DNA of 64,000 nt from Candidatus Sulfomarinibacteraceae bacterium (lineage in GTDB: Bacteria; Acidobacteriota; Thermoanaerobaculia; Thermoanaerobaculales; Sulfomarinibacteraceae), in assembly GCA_963796455.1 (NCBI GenBank), contig CAWCLO010000001.1, positions 704,001 through 768,000 of the forward strand, given 5' to 3'. Positions 11,574 through 21,898 of the stretch are shown here, in pieces. The notes below the pieces were generated by a model. That model had not been told where the DNA came from. It ran no database searches and was given only the letters and a program-made list of their open reading frames with translations. The first letter of the stretch is position 1. Each line of letters starts with the position of its first letter. The translations under genes were made by a program, and so were the position numbers.

Positions 11574-12643
11574 GAGCCCACCTCGTCCTGCAGCTCCTGC
11601 ATCTGTTCCAGCAGGTGCGGCGGCAGCTCGGCATACATCGATTTGAAAATTGCATCCGGATCCTGCGGCGTCATTTCTTCGAGCGCCTTGACCTGGGTGT
11701 CCACCCAGTTGTGGGCCTCCTCGAGCAGCACCGTTTCCTGGTCGTCATCCCACAGTTCCTGTTTTTCGAGATAACGCCGCAAGCGCAGGATCGGATCGCG
11801 CGCTTCCCACTTTTTGAGCTCTTCTTCGCCACGGTAACGGCTCGCGTCATCGGCGGTGGTGTGATCGCCAAGGCGATAGGTCACCGCTTCGATCAAACTC
11901 GGTCCGCCGCCTGATCGGGCCCACGCAATCGCCTCGGTGGCGGCCTGATAAACAGCAAAAACGTCGTTGCCGTCGACCTGGACCCCCGGCAATCCGTAGG
12001 CGTGGGCTTTTTGCGCGAGGGTCTCGGCTGCAGTCTGCTGGTGCAGCGGCACCGAGATGGCCCATTGGTTGTTCTGAATTACAAAAACCGTGCTTGCACC
12101 AAAAACAGCCGCCGCATTGACGGCCTCGTGAAAATCACCTTCCGAGGTCGAACCGTCGCCCCCAAAGGCGACCGCAACCGCGTCGTCTTTGCGAAGTTTG
12201 AGGGACAGCCCGACTCCGGTGCCGTGCTGCCACTGGCTGCCGACGGGCACCGCGACAGGGAAACAACGGACATCTTCCGGATAACACGAACCGCGCTCGT
12301 CCCCGGCCCAGTAGGCATAGACCAGATGCAGCGGTACCCCGCGCAGAACCATGATGCCGTGCTCGCGAAAGGCGGGAATCAACCAATCATGTTCGCCCAT
12401 CGCCAGCGCGACTCCGGCCTGGACCGCCTCCTGACCCTTGATCGGCGGCCAGGTTCCCATCCGGCCCTGGCGCTGGAGCTTGAGGGCCTTGTCGTCAAAG
12501 GTCCGCATCATGACCATGTCGCGATAAAGATCACGGACGACACTGGGATCGATCTCGGGCATCATCGACTCATCGACATTGCCGTCGACATCGAGGATCT
12601 CGATCCGTTCCGTCACCGCTTCATACACCCGCGTTCGAGGCAT
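11570..12643 (-). CDS. pdhA: 2-oxoacid (pyruvate or branched-chain) dehydrogenase E1 alpha
   Basis: TPP-binding GDGSTSEGDFHE...NNQWAIS and HTTADD motifs. Confidence 0.9.
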   Translation of the reverse strand: MPRTRVYEAVTERIEILDVDGNVDESMMPEIDPSVVRDLYRDMVMMRTFDDKALKLQRQGRMGTWPPIKGQEAVQAGVALAMGEHDWLIPAFREHGIMVLRGVPLHLVYAYWAGDERGSCYPEDVRCFPVAVPVGSQWQHGTGVGLSLKLRKDDAVAVAFGGDGSTSEGDFHEAVNAAAVFGASTVFVIQNNQWAISVPLHQQTAAETLAQKAHAYGLPGVQVDGNDVFAVYQAATEAIAWARSGGGPSLIEAVTYRLGDHTTADDASRYRGEEELKKWEARDPILRLRRYLEKQELWDDDQETVLLEEAHNWVDTQVKALEEMTPQDPDAIFKSMYAELPPHLLEQMQELQDEVGS

Positions 12644-12706
12644 ACGCTCTCCTTCTCCGCCCAATCTCTGTTCGACCTATGGCAACAACCGAGGATAGCA
12701 GGGTAT

Positions 12707-12736
12707 TTCGGCTTGGGGTTTGGGGCTTGAGGCGTT
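12707..12736. repeat. Degenerate heptamer array (TGRGGCK-type)
   Basis: TTCGGCT TGGGGTT TGGGGCT TGAGGCG; similar to the array at 34163-34197. Confidence 0.55.
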
Positions 12737-12854
12737 CTGAAAAAAGCGCTTGTCAACCGAAAACGCAAGGTGCCAGTGTTCGCATTGTCTGGTTTCCGTC
12801 TTGCAGACAATTTTTCGGTCGAGGCTGGCAATGCGAAAGACAGCAACAGATGCT

Positions 12855-13613
12855 TTATCGCACCGGCGTCCATTTCTCGGTGGTGTACGGCGTCAAATAC
12901 CGTTCCGGCACCGGCTCGGGATCGAGTCGCCGGACTTCCACACCCAACGCCCCCGCCATCTGATCCGCGATCGCCCCCCCTGCCACTCGCCAGTCGCCGC
13001 CTCCGAGAGCCGGGGCGAGACCCGCCTCGACCTCGGCGGCGGGGATTCCGAAGGCCCTCGAATACAACCCCGGGTCCAGCCCCAGCAGAACGGCGGCGTG
13101 CACGACCACCGCGCCGCGGCGGCGGGTCTGGGCGCAACCGACCGCCTTGCGGCCGTCGACCACCAAAGTGTCGGCCAGTTGATCGAGGAAACAGATCGGT
13201 GACCGGACCCGGCTTGCACGGGGAGCGTCCTCGATCCGTTCGACATTGGATCCCACCGATCGCAGTGCCGGTTGCAAAACGGAGAGAAAGCGCTCATAGA
13301 GGCCGACGATTTCACCGGCCCAGGGATGAGAGATCGGCAGCGCCAGTCCGACCCCGAGATCGCCGCGGTGCACCACCCCGGTGCCGCCGGTCAGGCGTCG
13401 CAGGACGGGGATCCCCTCGGACCGGCACCATTCGAGGTCGACCTCTTTCGTTTTCTGGGCATAACCGAGGACCACTACCGGGCCTCTCCACGAGGTGAGA
13501 AAAAGGCTGACTTCGCCCTCTGCGGCGCGTTCCAACAGCCACGCTTCCCGCGCCAGATCCTCCACAGGGGGGCCCATCGAAACCACGACATCGAGAAATT
13601 CTGCTGCGCTCAC
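12855..13613 (-). CDS. Lipoate-protein ligase family protein
   Basis: RRLTGGTGVVH and GRKAVGCAQ motifs; upstream of the dehydrogenase operon; GTG start is inferred. Confidence 0.85.
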   Translation of the reverse strand: MSAAEFLDVVVSMGPPVEDLAREAWLLERAAEGEVSLFLTSWRGPVVVLGYAQKTKEVDLEWCRSEGIPVLRRLTGGTGVVHRGDLGVGLALPISHPWAGEIVGLYERFLSVLQPALRSVGSNVERIEDAPRASRVRSPICFLDQLADTLVVDGRKAVGCAQTRRRGAVVVHAAVLLGLDPGLYSRAFGIPAAEVEAGLAPALGGGDWRVAGGAIADQMAGALGVEVRRLDPEPVPERYLTPYTTEKWTPVR

Positions 13614-13689
13614 GGCCCTGATTGAACCACAGCTTCGGGAATGCGTGGACGTTGATCGCGGAGCAATAGATAATCCTTTCAGGGGGACT

Positions 13690-14157
13690 ATGGAAATGTA
13701 CTGTACCAACAAGGACTGTCCGGACTTTGCTGCGACCGGTGTTCACGGCGAATACCGCGAAGGCATTTTCGAGTGCCCCTACTGTGGGAAATTCCTCGAG
13801 GAGAAGCTGCCCGAAACTCATATTCGCGACGATGGGCCCCTCCCGGACGTTCCGCAAGCCAAGACGTGGGGAGAGCACGAACCGCCCACCGCCGACGGGG
13901 CTCACCAGGATCTGGAACCGGTTTTCGAGACCTCGGACCCGAGCGAAGTGCCCGTGGTGAGGTCCTTTCTCGATGCCCACGGTGTGCCCCACGTCGTTGT
14001 CGGTGGCGAGAGCTTCGATGCATTTCGCGGCAGCCTGTCGCCCTTCAGATTCAACCCGAAGGCCGGCGTCATCGGTTTTCTGGTGCCGACCAAATATGCC
14101 GAAATCGCCCGCGATCTGCTGGCCGAGATCGAAGAAGACCCCGGCAACGAGGGTTGA
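13690..14157 (+). CDS. Zinc-ribbon plus DUF2007-like putative signal-transducing protein
   Basis: YC..C...GEYREGIFECPYCG, then VVRSFLDAHGVP...AEIARDLL. Confidence 0.7.
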   Translation: MEMYCTNKDCPDFAATGVHGEYREGIFECPYCGKFLEEKLPETHIRDDGPLPDVPQAKTWGEHEPPTADGAHQDLEPVFETSDPSEVPVVRSFLDAHGVPHVVVGGESFDAFRGSLSPFRFNPKAGVIGFLVPTKYAEIARDLLAEIEEDPGNEG

Positions 14158-14217
14158 TCCCGTTCCGGCGCGAATACCTCTGTGGTAGGAGTACACTTCG
14201 TCCCAGGGGGAGGAACC

Positions 14218-16425
14218 ATGCGCCGATTCTTCGTCTTTTTCTGTTGTGCCCTGCTTGCGACCCTGGCGGCCGCCGAAGAGCCGCTCAAACGATTGAGCCT
14301 CGAGGCCCTCTTCGAGGACAACGCCCTCGCTATCGAGAGCCTGAGTGGGGTCACATGGCTGCCCGACGGCAATCAGTTCATCTACACGACGTCCAAGGGC
14401 AAAAACCAGACGCTGTGGCGCGCCGGTACCGAGGGAGGCGAGGCGGTTGTTGTGGCGGATTGGGCGGCAGTCTTGAAAGGCCTCGCCGATCAGCGGCCGA
14501 ACTACGAAAAGCCTTCGATGAGCGATCCCAACAGTTCGGCCTCGAAACGAACGGCAGCGGTGCTTTCGCCCGACGGGTCGGCGCTGGTCGGTGGTCACGC
14601 CGGTGATCTCTACCTCTTCGACCTGAAAAAGGGTGAGGCCCGTTTCCTGACCGGAGACCGGGAGCAGGAGATCTTCCCCGCCTTCAGCCCCGATGGATCC
14701 GAGATCGCATTCGTCAAGAAAGGCGATATCTATCGTCTGAGCCTGGCCGACGGTGTGGTCCAACGGGTCACCGACCGCGGACACAACCGCTATCTGCTCA
14801 ATGGCGTCGCCGACTGGGTCTATGAAGAGGAACTCGCCGTCGAACGCTCCTTCTGGTGGTCACCCGATGGTCAGAGCATCGCCTTTCTCCAGACCAACGA
14901 AGAACCGGTCGGCATCGTGCCCATCACCGGCGATTCGATGCCCTACCCCGAACTGGAAAAACAGTGGTACCCGAAAGCCGGAACCGCCAACCCCATCGTC
15001 CGGATCGGTGTGGTGAGCCGCGACGGCGGAGAACCGGTCTGGCTCGCCACCGGTAAGGGTGACTTCTATCTCGCCCGGGCCGGTTGGACGCCCAAGGGAG
15101 AAGTCTGGGTGCAACGGCTCAATCGTGATCAGAATGTGCACGATTTGATGTTTGGTGATCCAGAGACCGGCAAAGTCCGGACGATCCTGACCGACAAGGA
15201 TCCTGCGTGGATCAACATCACCGACGACCTCCACTTTCTCTCGGACGGGAGCTTTCTCTGGACCTCCGAGCGCAAGGGCTGGCGGCACCTCTACCACTAC
15301 GCCGCGGATGGTTCGGACCATCGCCCGCTGACATCGGGGCGGTGGCAGATCGAAAAGCTTTTCGGCGTCGACGCAGATGAGAAGACCGCTTTTATCAAGG
15401 CAAACGCCGAGGACCACCGCCAGCGCCACCTCTATCGAGTCGACCTTGAAAATGGCGAGATCACTCTGCTTGGCGAAGGCGGGGGCGGTTCACACGACGG
15501 GACTCTCTCCCCCACCGGCGACTACCTCGTCGACCATTGGTCGACCCTCGACACACCGCCCCGGGCGGATCTGTTGAAGGCCGACGGGACGGTCGCACGC
15601 CGACTCTGGCAATCGGGGACCGAACTCGAAGGGTGGGACCTGTTGCCCATCGAGCGCGGCTCCATCACTGCGAGCGACGGAACCGAGCTCTATACCCTGA
15701 TGATCAAACCGCGGGATTTTGATCCCTCGAAAAAGTACCCGGTCCTGCAGTACGTCTACGGAGGCCCCCACTCGCAGCTCACCCAGGATTCGTGGCGAGC
15801 CGAGGTTCACAATACCTACCGACTGATTGCCGACCATGGCATCGCCGTCTTTCTCCTCGACAATCGCGGCACATGGGCCCGCGGCAAGGCTTTCGAAACC
15901 GCCGTCTATCGCCGTCTCGGCCAGATGGAAGTAGCCGACCAGGTCGACGGCGCGAAATGGCTGGCCGAGCAGCCGTGGGTCGACGCCAACCGTATCGGCG
16001 TCTACGGCGGCAGTTATGGCGGCTATATGACCCTGCTCTGTCTGCTGAAAGCGCCAGAGTACTTCTCGGCCGGGATCGCCTATGCTCCCGTCACCGATTG
16101 GGCCCTCTATGACACGATCTACACCGAACGCTATATGGACACGCCTCAGGACAACCCCGAAGGTTATGCCGAGGGCGCACCCCTCACCCATGCCGAAAAC
16201 CTGGAGGGCGCATTGCTCCTGGGCCACGGCACCATGGACAACAACGTGCACTTCCAGAACTCGCTGCAGATGATCGCTCGACTGGCGGCAGCCAACAAGG
16301 ATTACGATCTGGTGATCTATCCACGCACCCGCCACGGGATCCGACGCTCGGCATATGCCCTCCATTTTCATCGCGAAAAGATGGAGTTCTTGATCAAAAA
16401 TCTATTGGAAAAGGATGAAGATTAA
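14218..16425 (+). CDS. Dipeptidyl peptidase IV-like S9B peptidase
   Basis: Signal peptide; DWVYEEE, GGSYGG and DNNVH motifs. Confidence 0.95.
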   Translation: MRRFFVFFCCALLATLAAAEEPLKRLSLEALFEDNALAIESLSGVTWLPDGNQFIYTTSKGKNQTLWRAGTEGGEAVVVADWAAVLKGLADQRPNYEKPSMSDPNSSASKRTAAVLSPDGSALVGGHAGDLYLFDLKKGEARFLTGDREQEIFPAFSPDGSEIAFVKKGDIYRLSLADGVVQRVTDRGHNRYLLNGVADWVYEEELAVERSFWWSPDGQSIAFLQTNEEPVGIVPITGDSMPYPELEKQWYPKAGTANPIVRIGVVSRDGGEPVWLATGKGDFYLARAGWTPKGEVWVQRLNRDQNVHDLMFGDPETGKVRTILTDKDPAWINITDDLHFLSDGSFLWTSERKGWRHLYHYAADGSDHRPLTSGRWQIEKLFGVDADEKTAFIKANAEDHRQRHLYRVDLENGEITLLGEGGGGSHDGTLSPTGDYLVDHWSTLDTPPRADLLKADGTVARRLWQSGTELEGWDLLPIERGSITASDGTELYTLMIKPRDFDPSKKYPVLQYVYGGPHSQLTQDSWRAEVHNTYRLIADHGIAVFLLDNRGTWARGKAFETAVYRRLGQMEVADQVDGAKWLAEQPWVDANRIGVYGGSYGGYMTLLCLLKAPEYFSAGIAYAPVTDWALYDTIYTERYMDTPQDNPEGYAEGAPLTHAENLEGALLLGHGTMDNNVHFQNSLQMIARLAAANKDYDLVIYPRTRHGIRRSAYALHFHREKMEFLIKNLLEKDED

Positions 16426-16428
16426 TCG

Positions 16429-17208
16429 ATGATTCTTTATTTTGCAGTCCAATCATTCACCGACGAAATTTTTCACGGTAATCCGGCCGGAGTCTGCCCA
16501 CTGGACGAATGGATAGATGACGATTTGATGCAGAAAATTGCCGCAGAAAACCGTCTCTCGGAGACCGCATTTTTTGTGCCCGAAGATGACGGATATCGGC
16601 TTCGATGGTTTACTCCGAATTCGGAGGTTGATCTCTGTGGCCACGCAACTTTGGCCACAGCCTACGTGCTTTTCGAACACCTCGGCTACGAGCACGACAC
16701 GATCCTTTTCAAGACTTTGAGCGGCGAACTTTCTGTCAAAAAGATCGGCAACTCGATGGTCATGAATTTTCCATCGAGGATCGCGAAGGAATGTGAAGCA
16801 CCGGAGGCCCTTGCGGCTGGGTTGAAATGTTCCATGAACGAAGTTTACAAGGCTCGTGATTACATGGTCGTGCTCAAAAATGAAAAAGAAGTCCGCGCGA
16901 TCGAACCGGATTTTGAGGAGCTCAGAAAACTTGATTGCACCGGCATCATCGTGACCGCACCCGGGCATGATGTGCATTTCGTTTCTCGCTTCTTTGCACC
17001 CAAGGTCGGTGTCGATGAAGATCCGGTCACGGGATCCGCCCACTGCACCCTGGCGCCCTACTGGGCCGAACAACTGGAGGTCACCGATCTGTCCGCGCGC
17101 CAGGTTTCCGAACGAAGTGGAGAACTGGCCTGCAAACTGGTGGAAGACCGGGTTCACATCGCCGGGCGAGCCGTTCTCTATCTCAAGGGCTTTCTCGATA
17201 TCGGTTGA
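16429..17208 (+). CDS. PhzF-family isomerase
   Basis: [23 protein letters not shown] and EDPVTGSAH motifs. Confidence 0.95.
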   Translation: MILYFAVQSFTDEIFHGNPAGVCPLDEWIDDDLMQKIAAENRLSETAFFVPEDDGYRLRWFTPNSEVDLCGHATLATAYVLFEHLGYEHDTILFKTLSGELSVKKIGNSMVMNFPSRIAKECEAPEALAAGLKCSMNEVYKARDYMVVLKNEKEVRAIEPDFEELRKLDCTGIIVTAPGHDVHFVSRFFAPKVGVDEDPVTGSAHCTLAPYWAEQLEVTDLSARQVSERSGELACKLVEDRVHIAGRAVLYLKGFLDIG

Positions 17209-17216
17209 GATTGACG

Positions 17217-18002
17217 ATGGGAGACGATATTCGACGCCTCAACCGCGCCGCCTGGAACGCCCAGGTCGATGCAAACAACCGGTGGACTGTGCCGGTCCAG
17301 TCTTTTGTGATCGACGCGGCACGGCGCGGCGAGTGGGAGATCGTTCTGACGCCCTTGCTTCCGGTACCACGATCGTGGTTCGGCCGGATCGAAAATTCCG
17401 ATGTGCTGTGCCTGGCATCCGGTGGCGGGCAACAAGGCCCCGTGCTCGCCGCCGCCGGTGCGCGGGTGACGGTCTTCGACAACTCACCACGGCAGCTCGA
17501 ACAGGATCGCATGGTGGCTTTACGGGACGGGCTCGAGATCGAGTGCGTCGAGGGGGACATGGCCGATCTCGGCACTTTCGGCGATGCGGCTTTTGATCTC
17601 ATCGTTCACCCGGTGTCCAACGCTTTCGTTCCCGACCTCTGGCCGGTGTGGAACGAGTGCCACCGAGTGCTTCGGTCGGGGGGCAACCTGCTCGCCGGCT
17701 TCGTCAACCCGGTACGCTATCTCTTCAACGACGAAATCGAAGAGACCAAGGAGCCCCTTCAGGTGGTCAATTCCATCCCCTACTCAGATCTCGAATCATT
17801 GAGTCGGCAACAGAAGAAGCGCTTTGCGTCCGCCGGGGAACCATTCGAATTCGGCCACTCGCTCGACGACCAGATCGGGGGGCAGTTGGCGGCGGGATTC
17901 GTCATCACCGGTATGTATGAAGACCGAAATGTTCCTGAGGAGGACCCTCTTTCGAAATTCATCGCGTCCTTCATGGCGACCCGGGCACGCAAAGATCGAT
18001 GA
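17217..18002 (+). CDS. Class I SAM-dependent methyltransferase
   Basis: [11 protein letters not shown] motif I; RVLRSGG. Confidence 0.85.
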   Translation: MGDDIRRLNRAAWNAQVDANNRWTVPVQSFVIDAARRGEWEIVLTPLLPVPRSWFGRIENSDVLCLASGGGQQGPVLAAAGARVTVFDNSPRQLEQDRMVALRDGLEIECVEGDMADLGTFGDAAFDLIVHPVSNAFVPDLWPVWNECHRVLRSGGNLLAGFVNPVRYLFNDEIEETKEPLQVVNSIPYSDLESLSRQQKKRFASAGEPFEFGHSLDDQIGGQLAAGFVITGMYEDRNVPEEDPLSKFIASFMATRARKDR

Positions 18003-18475
18003 TGAGACGCAGAGACAAAGAGATTTCGAGCCGCGCCGAAATCGACGCTGTCATTTCGTCGGCAGTGGTTTGTCGTCTGGCCTTTGCCAGGGACAACGAG
18101 CCTTATGTGGTGCCGATCTCTTTTGGTTATGACGGCGAAGCAATATTCATCCACACCGCCGGCAAGGGCCGCAAAATCGATTTCATACAGGCCAACAACC
18201 GGGTGTGTTTCGAGTTCGAAGCCGGCGTGGAATTGCGCACCGATGATGACGAAGCCTGCGCGTGGACATTCAACTTTCAGAGCGTGATCGGTTATGGATC
18301 CGTAACGGAAATCGAAGACCCCGCCGACAAAACCAGAGGCCTCAATCACATCATGCGCCACTACTCCGGGCGCGAGTGGAATATCGAACTCCCCGCCGTC
18401 ACCACCACGCGGGTATGGCGGATCGACATAGAATCGGTCACCGGCAAACGATCGACAGAATCATCAAAAGGATGA
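17999..18475 (+). CDS. Pyridoxamine 5'-phosphate oxidase-like (NimA-type) flavin-binding protein
   Basis: [28 protein letters not shown] and TGKR motifs. Confidence 0.9.
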   Translation: MMRRRDKEISSRAEIDAVISSAVVCRLAFARDNEPYVVPISFGYDGEAIFIHTAGKGRKIDFIQANNRVCFEFEAGVELRTDDDEACAWTFNFQSVIGYGSVTEIEDPADKTRGLNHIMRHYSGREWNIELPAVTTTRVWRIDIESVTGKRSTESSKG

Positions 18476-18496
18476 TTTTCTCGTCCGATGCTGGAT

Positions 18497-18901
18497 ACCT
18501 GTTGCCCAAAACAGATCGTCAATTGAAGTTGCCCGCCTGACAACACGAGGTTTATAGGATTTCGGCATTTCCGGTTCGTGGTTGGCCCGCGTCCGCGCCC
18601 GTATTGCAGCGGCAGCGACAGGGACAGTCATCAGCGATCAGTGTTCAGAGGCAGAGATCAGGGGCAGTGACAGCGTGGTCACCTCCGGGTCATTCAACAG
18701 AAGGAACAGCCGTGGTGGTGGAGGCGTCTCGCCTGCACGCCGTGCGGCCGAGACGGCCGCATCACAAAGGACGGAGCCCCGAAGAAGTGACTACTGTTCG
18801 CTGTCCCGGCCGCTGAACACTGACGCTGACTACTGTTTGCCGTCGCTGAATTCTGTCGCTGTCCCTGCACGCTATCCGAGACTCTGTCTTGGACAAGAGC
18901 G
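18497..18901 (+). mobile_element. MITE-like element copy A (gene-less, central REP doublet)
   Basis: Degenerate left end ACCTGTTGCCCAAAACAGA; right end TCTGTCTTGGACAAGAGCG; colinear with copies B-E; flanks ATGCTGGAT / ATGCTCGAT. Confidence 0.85.
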
Positions 18902-18931
18902 ATGCTCGATACAGGATCCGCGCGAGCGCGC

Positions 18932-19020
18932 CCATCTCACAACCGCAGATAGCGCAGATAAACGCAGATTGTCGGGCCTGAGAATATCTGCGTTCATCCG
19001 CGTGATCTGCGGTTTCTCCG
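18932..19020 (+). repeat. Gene-less 9-mer tandem-inverted element (CGCAGATnn type)
   Basis: AACCGCAGATAGCGCAGATAAACGCAGAT ... ATCTGCGTTCATCCGCGTGATCTGCGGTT; shares its ends with the copies at 47571 and 54046. Confidence 0.9.
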
Positions 19021-19034
19021 GGCGCAGGTGCTCA

Positions 19035-21188
19035 CTAGAACCGATACCGCAGCGTCGCCCTCAGGTTTCGTCCCGGCTCGGGCCGGTTGTTATAGGGCTC
19101 GTTGTAGAGCTTGTCGGTGATGTTCTCCAGCGCGATCAGAACCCCCAGACCGAATTTGAAATCGTAGCCTCCCCGCAGATCGTAGACCGTGAAACCGGTG
19201 GTCCCGGTCTCGAAGAAGGGATCGTCCTCCGGCAGACGGGTCTGGCGGTCGACGAAGCGGAGATTGGCCTCGCTCCACCAATTGGTTTTCTGGTAGCGCA
19301 CACCGAGCACGATCTTGAACGGCGGGATCGAAGGCAGCGGTTCGCTGGTGAGGTTGTTTTCGCCTTCGATGTAGGCGATCGAGCCAAAGGCCGTCCACCA
19401 GGTGGCGAAAATTGTCTCGAGATCGAGTTCGATGCCCCAGATCCGCGCTTTTTCAATGTTTTGAAGCTGCGCCAACTCGATCCCCAGGTCGGGGTCGATT
19501 TCGCCGAGGAACTCGAGGGTGATGAAGTCCGTGAGATCGTTGTAGAAAACGTGCAGCCCGCCGCTGTACCGGTCATAACGAACCTTGGTTCCGATTTCGT
19601 AGTTCCAAGATCGTTCGGAATCGAGGTCCGGGTTCTGCAAAATGAACGCCTCGCCGTTGGTGGCGATCCCGGTGAAGGATCGCTCCTGAAGGTTCGGCGT
19701 GCGGAAACCGCGAGCCACCGACCCCGAGAGGTTGACGTGGTCGGTCACGCTCCAGACCACACCGACGTTGCCGGAGACCGCCGAGTCGTTGACATCGAAG
19801 GGCTCTCCCGGGTAGTTCAGATCGTTTTTGTCGCTGTCAAAGCTGAAGGAGTCGCCACGCAGCCCGAGCTGGAGGGTGACCACATCGCTGACCGCCCAGC
19901 CATCCTGGATATACAGACCAATGCCGACCTGCTCACTCTTGGGCACCGCCACCTCAGTGCTCGGCGGAAGACAGAAGGGCCCGAAGCAGGTATTCGAGAG
20001 GGCTTTGTCTTCGACATTATCGTCATAGACGTCCAAGCCGAAGGTCAGGTGGTGTTGCCCGACATCGGCGATCGACTGGGCGTTGAAACCGATTGAATCG
20101 ATACTCGACTGGGTGAAACTATCGGAGAAGAACCCCGGAAAATCGAAGACGCTCGCACTCTCCTTGTTGATGGCCTGGTAATAGGTGCTGAGCGAAATGT
20201 CGGAAAGGCCCCACACCGGGCCCGAGCTCCACGACACGCCGATCTTGTCGCGATCGAAGTTCGGGAAGCTGAACTCGATCCCCGAGGTCTCCAGATCGAA
20301 TCCCGGGAAACCGACGTCCTGAGTGCGCACGACCTCGGCGTCGATCCGCAGCACACCTTGCTGACCGGTCAAAAACTTGACGCCGCCATTGAAGTTGGTC
20401 TGCTCCATCCCGCTATTGGGGACGGTGTTGTCATCAAGTACGTAATTCTCGTATCGCTCGTCGTTTTTGGCCCCGCTAGCGGCCTTGTAGTCGTCAACCT
20501 GCTCGTAGGATCCACCGACGTAGAAAGAAAAACCTGTCCCCGTCCCGGTGACCGACACCCGCCCGGCCTGCGAATCGGAAATCGTGCCGTACTCGATGGC
20601 CGCATCTCCCGTCACCTTGAAATCCTGAGCGCCGAGGTTCGGCTGCCGGGTGATGATGTTGACCACACCACCGATGGCATCCGATCCGTATTGCACCGCC
20701 GCCGGCCCGCGCAGGACCTCGATCCGTTCGACCTCGGCGAGATTCACAAGCGCCGGTTGGATACCGGCAAAGCTGGTGGATTCGCGAGCGTTGTTGAGCC
20801 GCTGGCCGTCGACCAGAATCAGAACCCGGTTGGAGCTCAGGCCGCGAATGACCGGGATGCCGCGAAAGGGCCCCTCACCTTCAATCTCCACACCGGGGAT
20901 CGTCTTGAAGAGATCGGCCATTTTCTCCGGTTGGATCTTCTCGATGGTCTCGCGATCGAAGACCGTGATCGGCGCCGGCGCATCACCCGATGCCTGTTCC
21001 TGGCGGGCGGCCGTGACCACGATCCGGTCCTTGAAGACCCGCCCTTCTTCCTCGTCTTTCTTGTTTGGTTCCTCCTGAGCGGCGGGATCGGCCGGGCTTT
21101 CGGGCTCGGCCTCCTGCGCCCAGACCGGAATCGAAATCAGCGAACAAACAATCATCACGATCATCAAACGAAAAGAGATTCGCCACAT
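19035..21188 (-). CDS. TonB-dependent receptor (heme-receptor-like)
   Basis: Signal peptide, plug motif IEVLRGPAAVQYGSDAIGGVVNIIT, FRTP and NPDL motifs, C-terminal YRF. Confidence 0.93.
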   Translation of the reverse strand: MWRISFRLMIVMIVCSLISIPVWAQEAEPESPADPAAQEEPNKKDEEEGRVFKDRIVVTAARQEQASGDAPAPITVFDRETIEKIQPEKMADLFKTIPGVEIEGEGPFRGIPVIRGLSSNRVLILVDGQRLNNARESTSFAGIQPALVNLAEVERIEVLRGPAAVQYGSDAIGGVVNIITRQPNLGAQDFKVTGDAAIEYGTISDSQAGRVSVTGTGTGFSFYVGGSYEQVDDYKAASGAKNDERYENYVLDDNTVPNSGMEQTNFNGGVKFLTGQQGVLRIDAEVVRTQDVGFPGFDLETSGIEFSFPNFDRDKIGVSWSSGPVWGLSDISLSTYYQAINKESASVFDFPGFFSDSFTQSSIDSIGFNAQSIADVGQHHLTFGLDVYDDNVEDKALSNTCFGPFCLPPSTEVAVPKSEQVGIGLYIQDGWAVSDVVTLQLGLRGDSFSFDSDKNDLNYPGEPFDVNDSAVSGNVGVVWSVTDHVNLSGSVARGFRTPNLQERSFTGIATNGEAFILQNPDLDSERSWNYEIGTKVRYDRYSGGLHVFYNDLTDFITLEFLGEIDPDLGIELAQLQNIEKARIWGIELDLETIFATWWTAFGSIAYIEGENNLTSEPLPSIPPFKIVLGVRYQKTNWWSEANLRFVDRQTRLPEDDPFFETGTTGFTVYDLRGGYDFKFGLGVLIALENITDKLYNEPYNNRPEPGRNLRATLRYRF

Positions 21189-21335
21189 GGCGTGTCCTCC
21201 AAAAAACTTGAATCGCGTCGCGGTCAGCGACGACGTGGGGAGGATGGTACGCACAAAATCGTCGGTTGTGTCGCTGAAATCAAAGGTTTTACGGGCAGGT
21301 GACAAAACCACCCGATCGGATGCAGGATGCAGGAT

Positions 21336-21815
21336 CACTCTTGTCCAAGACAGAGCCTCAGACGGATTTCAGGAACAGCGACAGGGACGGCAAGCAGGGA
21401 CAGTTGACAGTAGGCAGCGTCAGTGTTCAGTCATCAGCGACAGGAATCAGCGGCCGGGACAGTGGACAGTAGTCACTTCTTCGGGGCTCAGGCCTTTGTG
21501 GTGCGGCCGTCTCGGCCGCACGGTGTGCAGGCGAGACGCCTACACCACAACGGCCGTTCCTTCCGTTGAACGACCCGGAGGTGGCCACGCCGTCGCTGCA
21601 CCTGATCGCTGCTCACGGCCGCTGATCACTGATCACTGTCGCTGTCCCTGTTCGCTGTTACCTGTCACTGACGCTGGACACTGTCGCTGCCGCTGAAACT
21701 CGGGATCGGGAACGAGTACGTGCCAACCGCGAACCGGATATTCCAAGAACCAACCTGTAAACCACTTGTTGTCAGGTGAGTAACGTCACGTGACAATCTG
21801 TTTTGGACAGCGGTG
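21336..21815 (-). mobile_element. MITE-like element copy B (gene-less, central REP doublet)
   Basis: Ends CACTCTTGTCCAAGACAGAG and TCTGTTTTGGACAGCGGTG; direct repeat ATGCAGGAT on both sides. Confidence 0.9.
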
Positions 21816-21898
21816 ATGCAGGATGCAGCTAGATCGTTGATTCACCTTACGGCTTGTCAAGGGTCGTGTGCGGTGAATCCTGAAACCGTTCGTGCGGG

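Noticed and set aside
18582..20096. 504-aa plus-strand ORF, and similar ORFs across element copies (21187-21696, 26382-27686, 50677-51171)
   Set aside because: They are translations of repeat elements joined to antisense frames of real genes, with low-complexity peptides.
21189..21335. Possible cobalamin riboswitch or Fur box upstream of the TonB-dependent receptor
   Set aside because: No B12-box or Fur-like consensus was recognisable by eye.
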